Below are positions 45,185 to 55,066 of a stretch of DNA of 64,000 nucleotides, one piece after another (positions within the stretch are counted from its first letter, which is position 1; every line of letters begins with the position of its first letter). The DNA comes from Candidatus Omnitrophota bacterium (GTDB lineage: Bacteria > Omnitrophota > Gorgyraeia > Zapsychrales > Zapsychraceae): assembly GCA_003528115.1 (NCBI GenBank), contig DOGZ01000014.1, positions 166,081-230,080 of the forward strand, read 5' to 3'. The position numbers and the translations under genes are program-made. The notes below the pieces were generated by a model. That model was not told the origin of the DNA. It made no database searches and worked only from the letters and a program-made list of their open reading frames with translations.

Positions 45185-48090
45185 AAATGACCCTTAAAAA
45201 TTTAATTCTCCGTCTTCTTTTCAGCCTTCCGTTTATCGCCGCAGTTTTTTATTTAAAAAGTTATCATGGCGAGCTCATCAATAATGCCGAAGTCCAGTGG
45301 CAGTACTTGCAGAATTCCAAGGGGAAGATTTTCTTGGGCTTGGATGTTTACGCGCCATCCGGCATAACCATTCAAGAAATTTCTTCTCATCCATGGGACG
45401 TCACTCAATCATGGAAATTGGTGAACTATCCGGATTGGTTTAAGGGAGATGAGAATTTTGAGCGTTTCCCCGTTTTTAAGCAACTCGTTCATCCGTACCT
45501 TTCGACCCTTTATCATGAAAATGTCCTGTTGACGTCAGGGTTAGATCCAGGGAAGGGATGGTACACGTTTTTGTATGAATGGAATCCCGCGGATTCCCGG
45601 TCTCTTCCGCCGGAAGACTCTCTCAGAATCCGGTATAAAAATGCGGGCACGCAAAACATCTATGACGCCGAAAAGATCAGCGCGCCAAGGATCCTGAGTG
45701 CCGGGGGAGAGCTCAGAGATAAAAAGCCTTCCTTGAAATTTGAAGTCTTATATCCCATGTCTCACGCGGCAAGACAGCCTGGAGAAAACACAGAGGTTGT
45801 TTTAAATAATTTGTTGCCGGACGACGCGGACGCGTTTCAATTAAAAGATCTGAATCGTCATGGATATAGCGTTGTCCTGCGGAACAAGGATGGGGTTGTT
45901 CTTGACACGCTTGAGGGTTTTGTCATGTGGGATACGCACGCAGTCGGGCAAGTCTTTATGAAACGGCAAGCATCGGATGATGTTGGGGAAAATACAGGGG
46001 GGACAGACTTCACGGTTTTAGGGAGACATGCCACGCTGGTTATTTTTATAATATATTTTGTCATCATCCATTGGTTCATCGGCGCGAGGTTTGCCCGTTG
46101 GCGGGGTATTGATTTAGACGGCGAGGCCTCGAAGATTGTATTACCAGTTTTTCTCGGGCTTGTTGTGTCCACGTATTTATTTTTTGTCCTAGGGTTCATA
46201 CAAGGGCTCACCTTCCCGATCATCTTTGGGGTTTTATTGGTGATCTACCTCACAGGATTCATGGAAGAGCCCTTCTTCCTTGTGAAGAGAATTATAGGAC
46301 TCGAGTTGAGAAAGGCCTTACAACAGCCGTGGCGAGTCATTTTTTTGCTTTTGTTAGGGTGGGGACTCTATCAAAATTTTGTTTATTGTTTTTTGCCTTC
46401 TACGTACGCGGATGGATCCGGGGATATTGAGAATTCGTATTTGCCTAATTTGGATTATTACATGATCACCCATAGTTTTAAAGTCCCTATCCAGAATTCA
46501 ACGACGGGAATTCATTCTCAAACGTTTGATGTTTTAAGAACGATCGTGAAGATTTTGGCTGGAGAGGCGGGAGTTTACTTATTATCTTTTGTTTACTTGG
46601 CGCTCGCCCTCGGAAGTATGTATTTGATAGCAAAGAAAATATTTCGCACAAAAAATCTGCTGATCTATATTTCAGTCTTGCTTCTGTTGTCGGCAAATCT
46701 TTTCACGGAATTGATCCATTTCGGGAAAATTCATATTGCCGCCTTAGCGTTCTTGTTAGCCGCGTTACTTTGTATGAGTTCGGAAGATTTAAAGAAAAAT
46801 TATATTTTACCCGCGGTTTTTTTAGGGGTGATTGCGTCGCAATATGTTTATTTTCTTGGTTTGGGGGTGGCGTACTTCGTGATGATCGGCGTTCACGCGT
46901 TTGTTCAGCACAAGGAATTCAGGCCGCGCGTCCTGAAACCCTTGTCAGGTGCTTTTCTATTGTTTTTGATCCTGAGCGCAGTATTTAATTTAAAACTTAT
47001 CATGGAAGTCGGCACCTTTGTCCCCCCGGGCATTTCCCCGGAGTGGATGAGTGATTTCTTCTTAAAAATGAATTCAGAGAATCCGCGATATCATTTCATT
47101 GATAATAATTATATAAGGCATTTTTATAAATATCATGGCCTCGCGAATTTTGGTCAAGCGATGACACTTTCCACCCTCATGGATAAAGTCATTCAGACAA
47201 CCAAGAACCTGAATTTTTATGTGTTATTATTGTTTCTCCCCTTGTTGAAGAAGTTCGATGTGTCTAAAATGTATTATATGATTATGAGCGCGGTTCTTGT
47301 TCTATTATTTGTGACGATCTTCCCTAACGCTCCCCGGTTAAGTATGTTTTATTATTATCCTGTCATTATTATTCAATGGGCGATTATCGATAGCCTTATA
47401 TTTAGAGTAGAGAAAATAGTGCCCATTAAAAGTTTAGATGTAAAAAGTCGAATGATATACGCAGTGGTGGGTTTGGTTTTATGCGTGGTCATTTTTGATG
47501 CGCCGGGCTCAAGAATTGAAATAAGAAGAGCGGCTTTTTTAAATACTATGCGCAATCCTTTACATGTGGAAGGGCTATTTAATGAGGCCCAGAGCGTTTT
47601 CTGGGGGAGGGAGTCTGCCTACGATTATTTACAAAAGATTCAGACCGATCCCGAGATGTTTCCAGGGACAAGATTCGGGGCGCATCGAAACTTTGATTAC
47701 GCGATGCTCATCCGGCAATACACCCGTGTCGATGACATGATCCTGACGGTGCCGGTGAGGTTTCATTCTCATGCCATGAGGCCTTTGACGGCCAGACACG
47801 CCCTGGGGAGTGTCCTATATCAGCTTGATGTGAAGAAAATCATGGATGATTTGAAGAAACTGAATATCCGTTATCTGTCCGTCATGCCGATCCATTACCG
47901 GGATTACAATCCGTTTTATACGCCTGTTTTTGAGGACCAAATTTTTTTTAAATACTTTAAACCGCTCTTCAGTTATAATGGCACAACATTTTATAAAATA
48001 ATTTACGATGGGAGTCATGAAGAATACACCTCCACGCCTTATAATGTCAAAGGATACCCTTTTGTTCCCATGATGGCAGAAAGGAGATAA
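45181..48090 (+). CDS. Large polytopic membrane protein (969 aa): signal/anchor, ~250 aa extracytoplasmic domain, >12 TM helices, ~250 aa C-terminal domain; function unknown (possible glycosyl/lipid transferase)
   Basis: It has a long ORF with an ATGA overlap upstream and a 2-nt gap downstream. The hydropathy pattern supports this topology. No motif was recognised. Confidence 0.7.
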   Translation: MKMTLKNLILRLLFSLPFIAAVFYLKSYHGELINNAEVQWQYLQNSKGKIFLGLDVYAPSGITIQEISSHPWDVTQSWKLVNYPDWFKGDENFERFPVFKQLVHPYLSTLYHENVLLTSGLDPGKGWYTFLYEWNPADSRSLPPEDSLRIRYKNAGTQNIYDAEKISAPRILSAGGELRDKKPSLKFEVLYPMSHAARQPGENTEVVLNNLLPDDADAFQLKDLNRHGYSVVLRNKDGVVLDTLEGFVMWDTHAVGQVFMKRQASDDVGENTGGTDFTVLGRHATLVIFIIYFVIIHWFIGARFARWRGIDLDGEASKIVLPVFLGLVVSTYLFFVLGFIQGLTFPIIFGVLLVIYLTGFMEEPFFLVKRIIGLELRKALQQPWRVIFLLLLGWGLYQNFVYCFLPSTYADGSGDIENSYLPNLDYYMITHSFKVPIQNSTTGIHSQTFDVLRTIVKILAGEAGVYLLSFVYLALALGSMYLIAKKIFRTKNLLIYISVLLLLSANLFTELIHFGKIHIAALAFLLAALLCMSSEDLKKNYILPAVFLGVIASQYVYFLGLGVAYFVMIGVHAFVQHKEFRPRVLKPLSGAFLLFLILSAVFNLKLIMEVGTFVPPGISPEWMSDFFLKMNSENPRYHFIDNNYIRHFYKYHGLANFGQAMTLSTLMDKVIQTTKNLNFYVLLLFLPLLKKFDVSKMYYMIMSAVLVLLFVTIFPNAPRLSMFYYYPVIIIQWAIIDSLIFRVEKIVPIKSLDVKSRMIYAVVGLVLCVVIFDAPGSRIEIRRAAFLNTMRNPLHVEGLFNEAQSVFWGRESAYDYLQKIQTDPEMFPGTRFGAHRNFDYAMLIRQYTRVDDMILTVPVRFHSHAMRPLTARHALGSVLYQLDVKKIMDDLKKLNIRYLSVMPIHYRDYNPFYTPVFEDQIFFKYFKPLFSYNGTTFYKIIYDGSHEEYTSTPYNVKGYPFVPMMAERR

Positions 48091-48092
48091 TC

Positions 48093-49136
48093 ATGCCGGC
48101 AAGTCCAGCGCGAGAAGTAGTTAGGTGGATAAAGACAACGCGGTTGTATGCCCGAGTCGGTCTGACAAGAATGAACCCTCGAAAGGCCTTTGTGATGCTG
48201 CGGTATTGGATCTTGACGCATCTCTTTAAGAAGGATATTCCCTGGCTGATTGAGTTTTCCGTGACCTACCGGTGCCAGGCCAGTTGCAAACATTGTTCTG
48301 TTTCCAATTATTTCCCCGAGGCGAATAAGTCCAAGGAGCTGTCCACGGAGAAGGTCAAAGACATTTTGAAGCAGGCGGTGACGCTGGGGATCCCTAAAAT
48401 TGACTTCTTCGGCGGCGAGCCTCTTTTGCGGGCGGATATCATTGAGCTGGTAACCTACGGTGAGGGGTTGGGATTATACACCTCCATCACTACGAACGCC
48501 TGGCAGTTGACGTATGAGAGGGTCAAACAGTTAAAAAAGGCAGGGATCAGTTGTATCAACGTGAGTATCGACAGTCCCCAGGCGGAAGAGCATGACCGAT
48601 CGCGCGGGGTCAAAGGGATGCATCAAAGGGCGGTGGAGGGAATCACCTATTGTCGTCAAGAAGGTATTCCGTGCATCGTCTCTACGTACGCCACACGTCG
48701 CCGGATTCAGAATTTCGCGGCCGGGGAAAAGGACGACAGTGTCTTGAGCGGTATTTTGAGGTTGTCCAGGAAACTGGAGGCCACAGGCGTGAGGATTTTA
48801 TTTCCGATCATTGCCGGGGAGTGGGTTAAGGCCAAGGAAAATGAATTTACCGATGAGGAAAAGCGGGGGATTATCGAGAACATCGATCCGTCTTTTGCCT
48901 TTATTGAGGGGGCCTACTCGGTTGTTAAAAAGAACAAGGTGTGTCAGGCGCTCAGCGGAAAGATGTTGAATATTTCTCCTTATGGCGATCTTCAGCTTTG
49001 TGTGGCTTTCACGAATACGTTTGGAAATGTGAAAGAACAGTCTTTGGAAACGTTGATGAAAGCCATGCGCAGACATCCCATTTATCAGAAGAATAAAGAC
49101 GGGAGCTGCTGCAGCACGACGGAATTAAAGGTGTAG
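48093..49136 (+). CDS. Radical SAM/SPASM-like enzyme
   Basis: Motifs are CQASCKHC and FGGEPLL. C-terminal cysteines are CQALSG…LCVAF…GSCCS. Confidence 0.8.
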   Translation: MPASPAREVVRWIKTTRLYARVGLTRMNPRKAFVMLRYWILTHLFKKDIPWLIEFSVTYRCQASCKHCSVSNYFPEANKSKELSTEKVKDILKQAVTLGIPKIDFFGGEPLLRADIIELVTYGEGLGLYTSITTNAWQLTYERVKQLKKAGISCINVSIDSPQAEEHDRSRGVKGMHQRAVEGITYCRQEGIPCIVSTYATRRRIQNFAAGEKDDSVLSGILRLSRKLEATGVRILFPIIAGEWVKAKENEFTDEEKRGIIENIDPSFAFIEGAYSVVKKNKVCQALSGKMLNISPYGDLQLCVAFTNTFGNVKEQSLETLMKAMRRHPIYQKNKDGSCCSTTELKV

Positions 49137-49181
49137 AGAAGAGATGGAAATCGGGGATTGAAGGGGAAGAGAGAATAGAAA

Positions 49182-50714
49182 ATGAAGGTGACACTGATTC
49201 GACCGCCGGTTTATAGTGTGGGTCTCATGGGACCTCAGCTCGTGCCAGTCTTGGGGATCGCCTACATCGCGGCGGCTATTCGCGAGGCCGGGCATGAAGT
49301 CGATATCGTGGATATGTGCGGCGAGGCGATCGACCGTTCCGAGATGGTCAACGGGAAATACGTTCAGTACGGCATGACTCCGGCAACCCTTAAAACACGC
49401 ATTCAATTTGCCGACGCCATTGGGTTCGCCTGTATGTTTTCACAGGATTGGCCTTTTCATCGGGGATTAATCCAGTACGTCCGGGAGCTATTTCCTGAGG
49501 CTGTTCTTTTTGCCGGCGGGGAGCATATTACCGCCTTGCCGGAGTTTTGTTTGGAAGATTGTCCTTCGCTCGATCTGTGTGTTCTTGGGGAAGGGGATGG
49601 CGCGATCGTGGATTTGATCCATATGCTCGATAAAGAAGGATCTTTATCTGAAGCGCCGAGCCTGGTTTATCGCGACAAGAACGGCGGGTACGCGCGTACG
49701 AAAAGAGCGGAACGCATTGGGAATATCGATGCGCTTTCCTGGCCGGCCTGGGATTTGATCCCGATGGAAAACTATCTTTCCCGGGGGCTGACGTATCATT
49801 TGAAGCGGGGGCGGACTATCCCGATGCTGGCGACCCGCGGGTGCCCGTATCATTGCTCATTCTGCTCCAATGAGAATATGTGGGGCCGTCGGTGGTTGCC
49901 GCGGGACCCGAAATCCGTTGTGGATGAGATGGAACACTATATCAAGATTTATAAGGCGGAGAATTTTGTTTTTTCCGATCTGACCGCCGTCATTTCCCGG
50001 GAGAGTATTGTTTCTTTATGTCAGGAGATTCTTCGTCGGAAGTTACGGATTACCTGGCAGCTCCCGACGTTGAGAACGGAATCTCTTGACGCGGAGGTCT
50101 TGCGGGTTATGTACGCGGCCGGATGCCGTGAGCTGGATTTCGCCCTTGAGTCCGGTTCAACCGACGTGTTGAAAAGTGTGGACAAGAGAAACGACCCTAA
50201 AAAGATATGTTCCTTAATAAAAGACGGTTTAAAATTGGGCATGAATTTAAGTACGAATATTGTGATCGGGTTGCCACAGGAGAGGTTTAGAGATTTTCTT
50301 AAAACGTATGGGTTGATGATGAAACTGGCCGTCGCGGGGCTGCAAGAATTGAATGTGTTTCCGTTTGTGCCCTATCCGGGATCGCGATTGTTTAAAGAAT
50401 TTCTGGAACAGAAAAAGATTAAACTCGGAGATGAGTATTTCATGAAGCTTTTCGGGTACGCGGATCTCAGTAAGGCCGTGTCCTGGTCGGCGCACTTTGG
50501 GCCGAGGACATTGAGCGGGATGAGGTTTGGTCTTTTGAGCAGTTTTTATAGCCTCATGCTGATCTCGCATCCGCTGCGGATGCTCCAATTGTTCATCAAT
50601 CCCGCGCGCGGACGGGTCAATACAAAGCTCGAGGGTGTTTTGCAAAGGGTATTTAGAAATATCCAAATCACGTTTAGGAAATCTTCGCGGATTAAACTTC
50701 ATCAGGACATTTAG
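49182..50714 (+). CDS. Class B radical SAM enzyme with N-terminal B12-binding-like domain
   Basis: The N-terminus is KVTLIRPPVYSVGL…LGIAYIAAAIREAGHEVDIVD. The rSAM core is ATRGCPYHCSFCSNE. Confidence 0.8.
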   Translation: MKVTLIRPPVYSVGLMGPQLVPVLGIAYIAAAIREAGHEVDIVDMCGEAIDRSEMVNGKYVQYGMTPATLKTRIQFADAIGFACMFSQDWPFHRGLIQYVRELFPEAVLFAGGEHITALPEFCLEDCPSLDLCVLGEGDGAIVDLIHMLDKEGSLSEAPSLVYRDKNGGYARTKRAERIGNIDALSWPAWDLIPMENYLSRGLTYHLKRGRTIPMLATRGCPYHCSFCSNENMWGRRWLPRDPKSVVDEMEHYIKIYKAENFVFSDLTAVISRESIVSLCQEILRRKLRITWQLPTLRTESLDAEVLRVMYAAGCRELDFALESGSTDVLKSVDKRNDPKKICSLIKDGLKLGMNLSTNIVIGLPQERFRDFLKTYGLMMKLAVAGLQELNVFPFVPYPGSRLFKEFLEQKKIKLGDEYFMKLFGYADLSKAVSWSAHFGPRTLSGMRFGLLSSFYSLMLISHPLRMLQLFINPARGRVNTKLEGVLQRVFRNIQITFRKSSRIKLHQDI

Positions 50715-50715
50715 C

Positions 50716-51531
50716 ATGAAAGATAACTTAAATTTTTTAAAAGATAAAGCCCGTCAGGTTCGAGGCAAAGTTCTGGAGATGACGGCCGCGGCCGGTAAAG
50801 GGCATCTGGGCGGAGCTTTTTCTTGTACGGAAATCTTGGTGGCGTTGTATTACGGCGGCATCTTGCGTCTGGATGCTTCTCGTCCCCGCTGGGAGGGGCG
50901 CGACCGGTTTCTCTTGAGTAAAGGCCACGCGTGTGAGGCGTTGTATGTTATTCTCGCGGACTTGGGATTCTTTCCCGGAGGAGAATTGGAAAATTACAAT
51001 AAGCCCGGGTGTTTACTGGGAGGGCATCCTAACCGGAGTATCGCGGGGATAGAGGCGGACACAGGATCCTTGGGACACGGCCTTGGGATCGGGGCTGGGT
51101 TGGCCCTGGCAGCCAAGATGGATCAAAAGGATTTTAAGACGGTTGTTTTGTTAAGTGACGGCGAGTGTTGTGAAGGATCGGTATGGGAGGCGGCGATGTT
51201 TGCGGCCAAACATAAGTTGAATAATCTGATCGGTATTGTGGACAAAAACGGGCTTTGTGTCACAGACATCATTGAAGATTGCGTGGCCTTGGATCCGCTG
51301 GATAAAAAATGGATCGCCTGTGGCTGGGAGGTTGTTGAAATGGATGGCCATTCGTTCGACGATCTTCTTACCGCCTTTGAGCGAGTTCCCTCAGATAGAC
51401 CGCGGATGATTATTGCTGACACGGTGAAAGGCAAGGGCGTCTCTTTTATGGAGGGCAACATCGCATGGCATCACGGCGTGCCTAAAGGGGAATTGTTGCA
51501 GCAGGCGAGAAAAGAACTGGAAATCATTTGA
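50716..51531 (+). CDS. Transketolase, N-terminal (TPP-binding) subunit of a split transketolase
   Basis: Motifs are GHLGGAFSCTEILVALYY and GSLGHGLGIGAGLA. ATG 50716 lies 2 nt after the upstream stop. Confidence 0.85.
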   Translation: MKDNLNFLKDKARQVRGKVLEMTAAAGKGHLGGAFSCTEILVALYYGGILRLDASRPRWEGRDRFLLSKGHACEALYVILADLGFFPGGELENYNKPGCLLGGHPNRSIAGIEADTGSLGHGLGIGAGLALAAKMDQKDFKTVVLLSDGECCEGSVWEAAMFAAKHKLNNLIGIVDKNGLCVTDIIEDCVALDPLDKKWIACGWEVVEMDGHSFDDLLTAFERVPSDRPRMIIADTVKGKGVSFMEGNIAWHHGVPKGELLQQARKELEII

Positions 51532-52529
51532 ATATCCGTATGACATCATCGGACAAAGACCTCAGAGACGCTTTTTTTGACGAGCTGTATGCGATCGCCC
51601 GTCAGGATCCGCGGGTGATCCTGCTGACGGCGGATATGGGGGCCCATAGTCTGGGGCGGTTTAAGAAAGATCTGTCCCGGCAATATATCAATGTCTGCGT
51701 GGCCGAACAGAATATGATCAGCGTGGCGGCGGGTCTGGCGTTGGGCGGAAAAAAAGTTTTTGTATATACGATTATTCCCTTTGCCACGATGCGTTGTTTC
51801 GAGCAGATTAAGGTTGATGTGTGTTGTATGCGTCTGCCGGTGACGGTTGTCGGGATCGGGACAGGATTGACGTACGGCGGTGACGGGCCCACCCACCACG
51901 GAATTCAAGATATCGCCGTGATGCGCAGTCTCCCGGAAATGACTATTTTGAATCCCTGCGATGCCGTAATTACACAAGCCGCAGCCCGATTGGCCTATGA
52001 ACAACAGGGGCCTGTGTATGTTCGGTTGGAAAGAGGGCGGTTCCCCTTGATTTACGGTGCTGGGTCCGCGGATTTCTCGAGGGGTTTGCACCAGATCAGG
52101 GAAGGAGAGGATATAACGCTCATCGCTACCGGGAATATGGTCCATCGGGCCGTTGAGGCCGCGGATATCCTGAGGAAGAAATTTCTATCCGTCCGTGTGG
52201 TGGATGTGTATAGGATTAAGCCTTTGAATACGGCTTTGTTAATAAAGATGATGGAAGGGACAAAGGGCGTTGTGACACTCGAGGAGAATTGTTTGACCGG
52301 CGGGTTGGGTTCGGCGGTGAGCGAGGTTTTATGTGATTCCTGTAAGGGGATTGCGCTTAAACGTCTGGCCATCCCGGATGAACATTGTTTTGCCTCCGGT
52401 GACCGTGAGGCGCTTCAGCAGTTATATCAATTAGATGTGTCCAATATCGTGCATTCCATTGTGAGGTGGTTTCCTCAACGGGCGGAGCATGTTTTCATGG
52501 AAGGGAAAGAAGATGGATTTAGGCATTAA
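51528..52529 (+). CDS. Transketolase, C-terminal (pyrimidine-binding + C-domain) subunit
   Basis: The segment ILLTADMGAHSLGRFKKDL…NVCVAEQNMISVAAGLALGGKKVFVYT is present. It has an ATGA overlap with the N-subunit. Confidence 0.85.
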   Translation: MNIRMTSSDKDLRDAFFDELYAIARQDPRVILLTADMGAHSLGRFKKDLSRQYINVCVAEQNMISVAAGLALGGKKVFVYTIIPFATMRCFEQIKVDVCCMRLPVTVVGIGTGLTYGGDGPTHHGIQDIAVMRSLPEMTILNPCDAVITQAAARLAYEQQGPVYVRLERGRFPLIYGAGSADFSRGLHQIREGEDITLIATGNMVHRAVEAADILRKKFLSVRVVDVYRIKPLNTALLIKMMEGTKGVVTLEENCLTGGLGSAVSEVLCDSCKGIALKRLAIPDEHCFASGDREALQQLYQLDVSNIVHSIVRWFPQRAEHVFMEGKEDGFRH

Positions 52530-53298
52530 AGGGAAATACGCGTTGGTGACCGGGGGGACGCACGGGATCGGACGGGCGATTGCCCTGGCATTGGCCGATG
52601 AGGGATGTCATGTTGCGGTGTGTTCAAGAAGCAGGGAGCGTGTGGAGAAAACAAAACAGGAGCTCTCCGCCAAGGGCGTGCAATGTTTAGGGGTGGAAGC
52701 CGATGTCATGAAGGACTCTGATATCGAGAAGGTTATGAGTCTGGTCGGCAGACAATGGGGAACTCTGCATATTTTGATTAATAACGTCGGTGGCGGTGGC
52801 CGCTGGGGAAGTGAAATCGTTGAAGAGACCAAAGAGGAAACATGGCTGGAGGTCTACAACAAGAATGCCTTGGCCGCGATGAAATTTACTATGCGGACGA
52901 TCCCCTGGATGCGCAAGCAGAAATGGGGACGGGTTGTGACGATCACGTCGATCTTCGGCCGAGAAGCGGGCGGGCGGCCGTGGTTTACGATGGCCAAGAT
53001 GGCGCAGACGGCCTTGATGAAGACCCTGGCCAAGAAGGCGTATTTGATTCAAGACGGCATAACGTTTAACAGTGTCGCCCCCGGGGCCATTATGATCGCC
53101 GGGACGGGTTGGGAAAAAGAACTTAAGGAAAATCCCCGGCAGGTGCAGGATTTTATCCATGAAGAACTTCCTTTAGGCCGTTTGGGAACGCCTGAGGAGG
53201 TGGCCAACGCGGTTGTCTTCTTATGTTCGCAACAGGCGAGTCTGGTCAACGGCGCTTCGATTCCTGTGGATGGCGGACAGAGCATGAGTGTTCTTTAA
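52513..53298 (+). CDS. SDR-family oxidoreductase (FabG-like)
   Basis: Motifs are YALVTGGTHGIGRAIA and NNVG. It lies in the Y/K catalytic region. Confidence 0.8.
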   Translation: MDLGIKGKYALVTGGTHGIGRAIALALADEGCHVAVCSRSRERVEKTKQELSAKGVQCLGVEADVMKDSDIEKVMSLVGRQWGTLHILINNVGGGGRWGSEIVEETKEETWLEVYNKNALAAMKFTMRTIPWMRKQKWGRVVTITSIFGREAGGRPWFTMAKMAQTALMKTLAKKAYLIQDGITFNSVAPGAIMIAGTGWEKELKENPRQVQDFIHEELPLGRLGTPEEVANAVVFLCSQQASLVNGASIPVDGGQSMSVL

Positions 53299-53301
53299 AG
53301 G

Positions 53302-53344
53302 AGTACTTTGTAACCTAAATTTCTGAATTGTGGAACAAAGTACT
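53302..53344. repeat. 10-bp perfect inverted repeat AGTACTTTGT…ACAAAGTACT with 23-nt spacer, immediately after the SDR stop (operator or internal terminator/attenuator candidate)
   Basis: It is seen directly in the sequence. A short partial T-tract (tctctcggattttg) follows. Confidence 0.4.
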
Positions 53345-53382
53345 TCTCTCGGATTTTGTAAAAAAATTGTTCAGAAAATAAT

Positions 53383-54078
53383 GTGACAATGGTGGAGGAT
53401 CCTGCGATTAAAGTTTCTTTGATTATTTTTACCTTAAACGAGATCGACGGCATGAAGGTGATTATGCCGCGGATCAGGAAAGAATGGGTGGATGAGCTCA
53501 TTATCGTTGACGGCGGATCGACGGATGGGACGGTGGCTTATGCCCGGGAACAGGGCTATTTTATTTTTACTCAGCAGGAGAAAGGCGCCGGCGCCGCGTT
53601 TTTGGAATCCGTGGCTAAAGCGACAGGAGATATCGTGATCGTCTTCAGCCCTGACGGAAACTCCGTCCCTGAAAAGATTCCGGAATTAATAGCGAAAATG
53701 AAACAGGGCTATGATATGGTGATTGTCTCCAGGTATCTGGGGGGCGCGAAAAGCTATGACGACGATTGCGTCACCGCTTTTGGGAACCGCTTGTTTACCG
53801 CCTTAATCAATATATTGTTTGGAACCAGGGTCACGGATTCCTTAGTCATGTATCGTGCCTTTAAGAGAGAAATCGTTCAGGATCTTAAAATCAATACAAA
53901 GACCGTCTCCTGGGGAACCCAGTTTTTGGCCAGGGCGGCAAGGAAGAAGTTAAAAATAGGTGAGATCCCCGGCGACGAACCGCGCCGCATAGGAGGCGTG
54001 AGAAAGATGCATCCTTTAAAGAACGGCTTGAGCGAACTGTTCATGATCCTGAGAGAATTTTTAAACGGGGGATCCTGA
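53383..54078 (+). CDS. GT2 glycosyltransferase, polyprenyl-phosphate sugar synthase (DPM1-like)
   Basis: The N-terminus VSLIIFTLNE…ELIIVDGGSTDGT is present, with the DxD-like motif FSPDGN. Confidence 0.75.
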   Translation: MTMVEDPAIKVSLIIFTLNEIDGMKVIMPRIRKEWVDELIIVDGGSTDGTVAYAREQGYFIFTQQEKGAGAAFLESVAKATGDIVIVFSPDGNSVPEKIPELIAKMKQGYDMVIVSRYLGGAKSYDDDCVTAFGNRLFTALINILFGTRVTDSLVMYRAFKREIVQDLKINTKTVSWGTQFLARAARKKLKIGEIPGDEPRRIGGVRKMHPLKNGLSELFMILREFLNGGS

Positions 54079-54079
54079 A

Positions 54080-55066
54080 ATGGGATTTTATGAGAAAAGA
54101 ACTGTCCTTGTTACGGGCGCCACAGGGTTGGTGGGGGCCAATCTGATTCAACGGCTGTTGCCCTTAGGCGTTCATGTCCGGGCCACGTTGCATCGCCGAG
54201 ATCCGGTCATTAGCGATCCTAAGATTGATTATATAAAGTGTGATTTGACCAATCCGGATGACTGCCGTAAGATTGTGCCGGAGGTGGATTATGTTTTTCA
54301 TTGCGCGGCTAATACTTCCGGGGCTCATGTGATAACGAACAACCCCCTGACGCATGTGACGACCAATATTGTGATGAACGCCTATCTTTTGGAGGCGGCT
54401 TATCAGGCGAAAGTCTTAAAATTTTTGTGGATCAGCAGTTCGACGGGATACCCATCGACCGGCACCCGTCCCATGAAGGAAGAAGAAATGATGGTCGGCG
54501 ATCCTTTTGACAAATATTTCGGTGTTGGATGGATGAAAAGGTATTCAGAAGTCCTTTGCCGGATGTATGCCGAGAAGCTGAAAGTCCCCATGGCCACCAT
54601 CGTCTTGCGCGCGACCAATATTTACGGCGAATATGATGATTTTGATTTTGAAACATCCCATGCCTTCGCGGCGCTTATTAGAAAAGTCGCGCAGAGGCAT
54701 CGTCCGATTGAAGTGTGGGGCACGGGTGAGGACGTCAGGGATTTGATCTATGTGGGTGATTTCATTGAGGCGATGCTTATCGCCATGGAGAAATGTTACG
54801 GGTACAAGGTCTTTAATATCGGGTTTGGCCGAGGGTACAAAATCAAAGAAGTTCTCAATATGATCCTGGAAGAAGACGGTTATCATGATGCGCGCTTAAC
54901 CTTTGATGCCACCAAACCCACGACGATCCCGATCCGGCTGGTGGACATCCGTAAGGCGGAAAAAGAGCTTGGTTTTAAACCCAAGACTTTTCTGCGGGAA
55001 GGGATCCGGAAGACCTTGCATTGGTATAAGGCGCATCAAATGGAGAAAGCGGAGAAGGCGGCATGA
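54080..55066 (+). CDS. NAD-dependent epimerase/dehydratase family (NDP-sugar modifying)
   Basis: The Rossmann motif VLVTGATGLVGANL is present. The SDR-extended fold length is 328 aa. Confidence 0.8.
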   Translation: MGFYEKRTVLVTGATGLVGANLIQRLLPLGVHVRATLHRRDPVISDPKIDYIKCDLTNPDDCRKIVPEVDYVFHCAANTSGAHVITNNPLTHVTTNIVMNAYLLEAAYQAKVLKFLWISSSTGYPSTGTRPMKEEEMMVGDPFDKYFGVGWMKRYSEVLCRMYAEKLKVPMATIVLRATNIYGEYDDFDFETSHAFAALIRKVAQRHRPIEVWGTGEDVRDLIYVGDFIEAMLIAMEKCYGYKVFNIGFGRGYKIKEVLNMILEEDGYHDARLTFDATKPTTIPIRLVDIRKAEKELGFKPKTFLREGIRKTLHWYKAHQMEKAEKAA

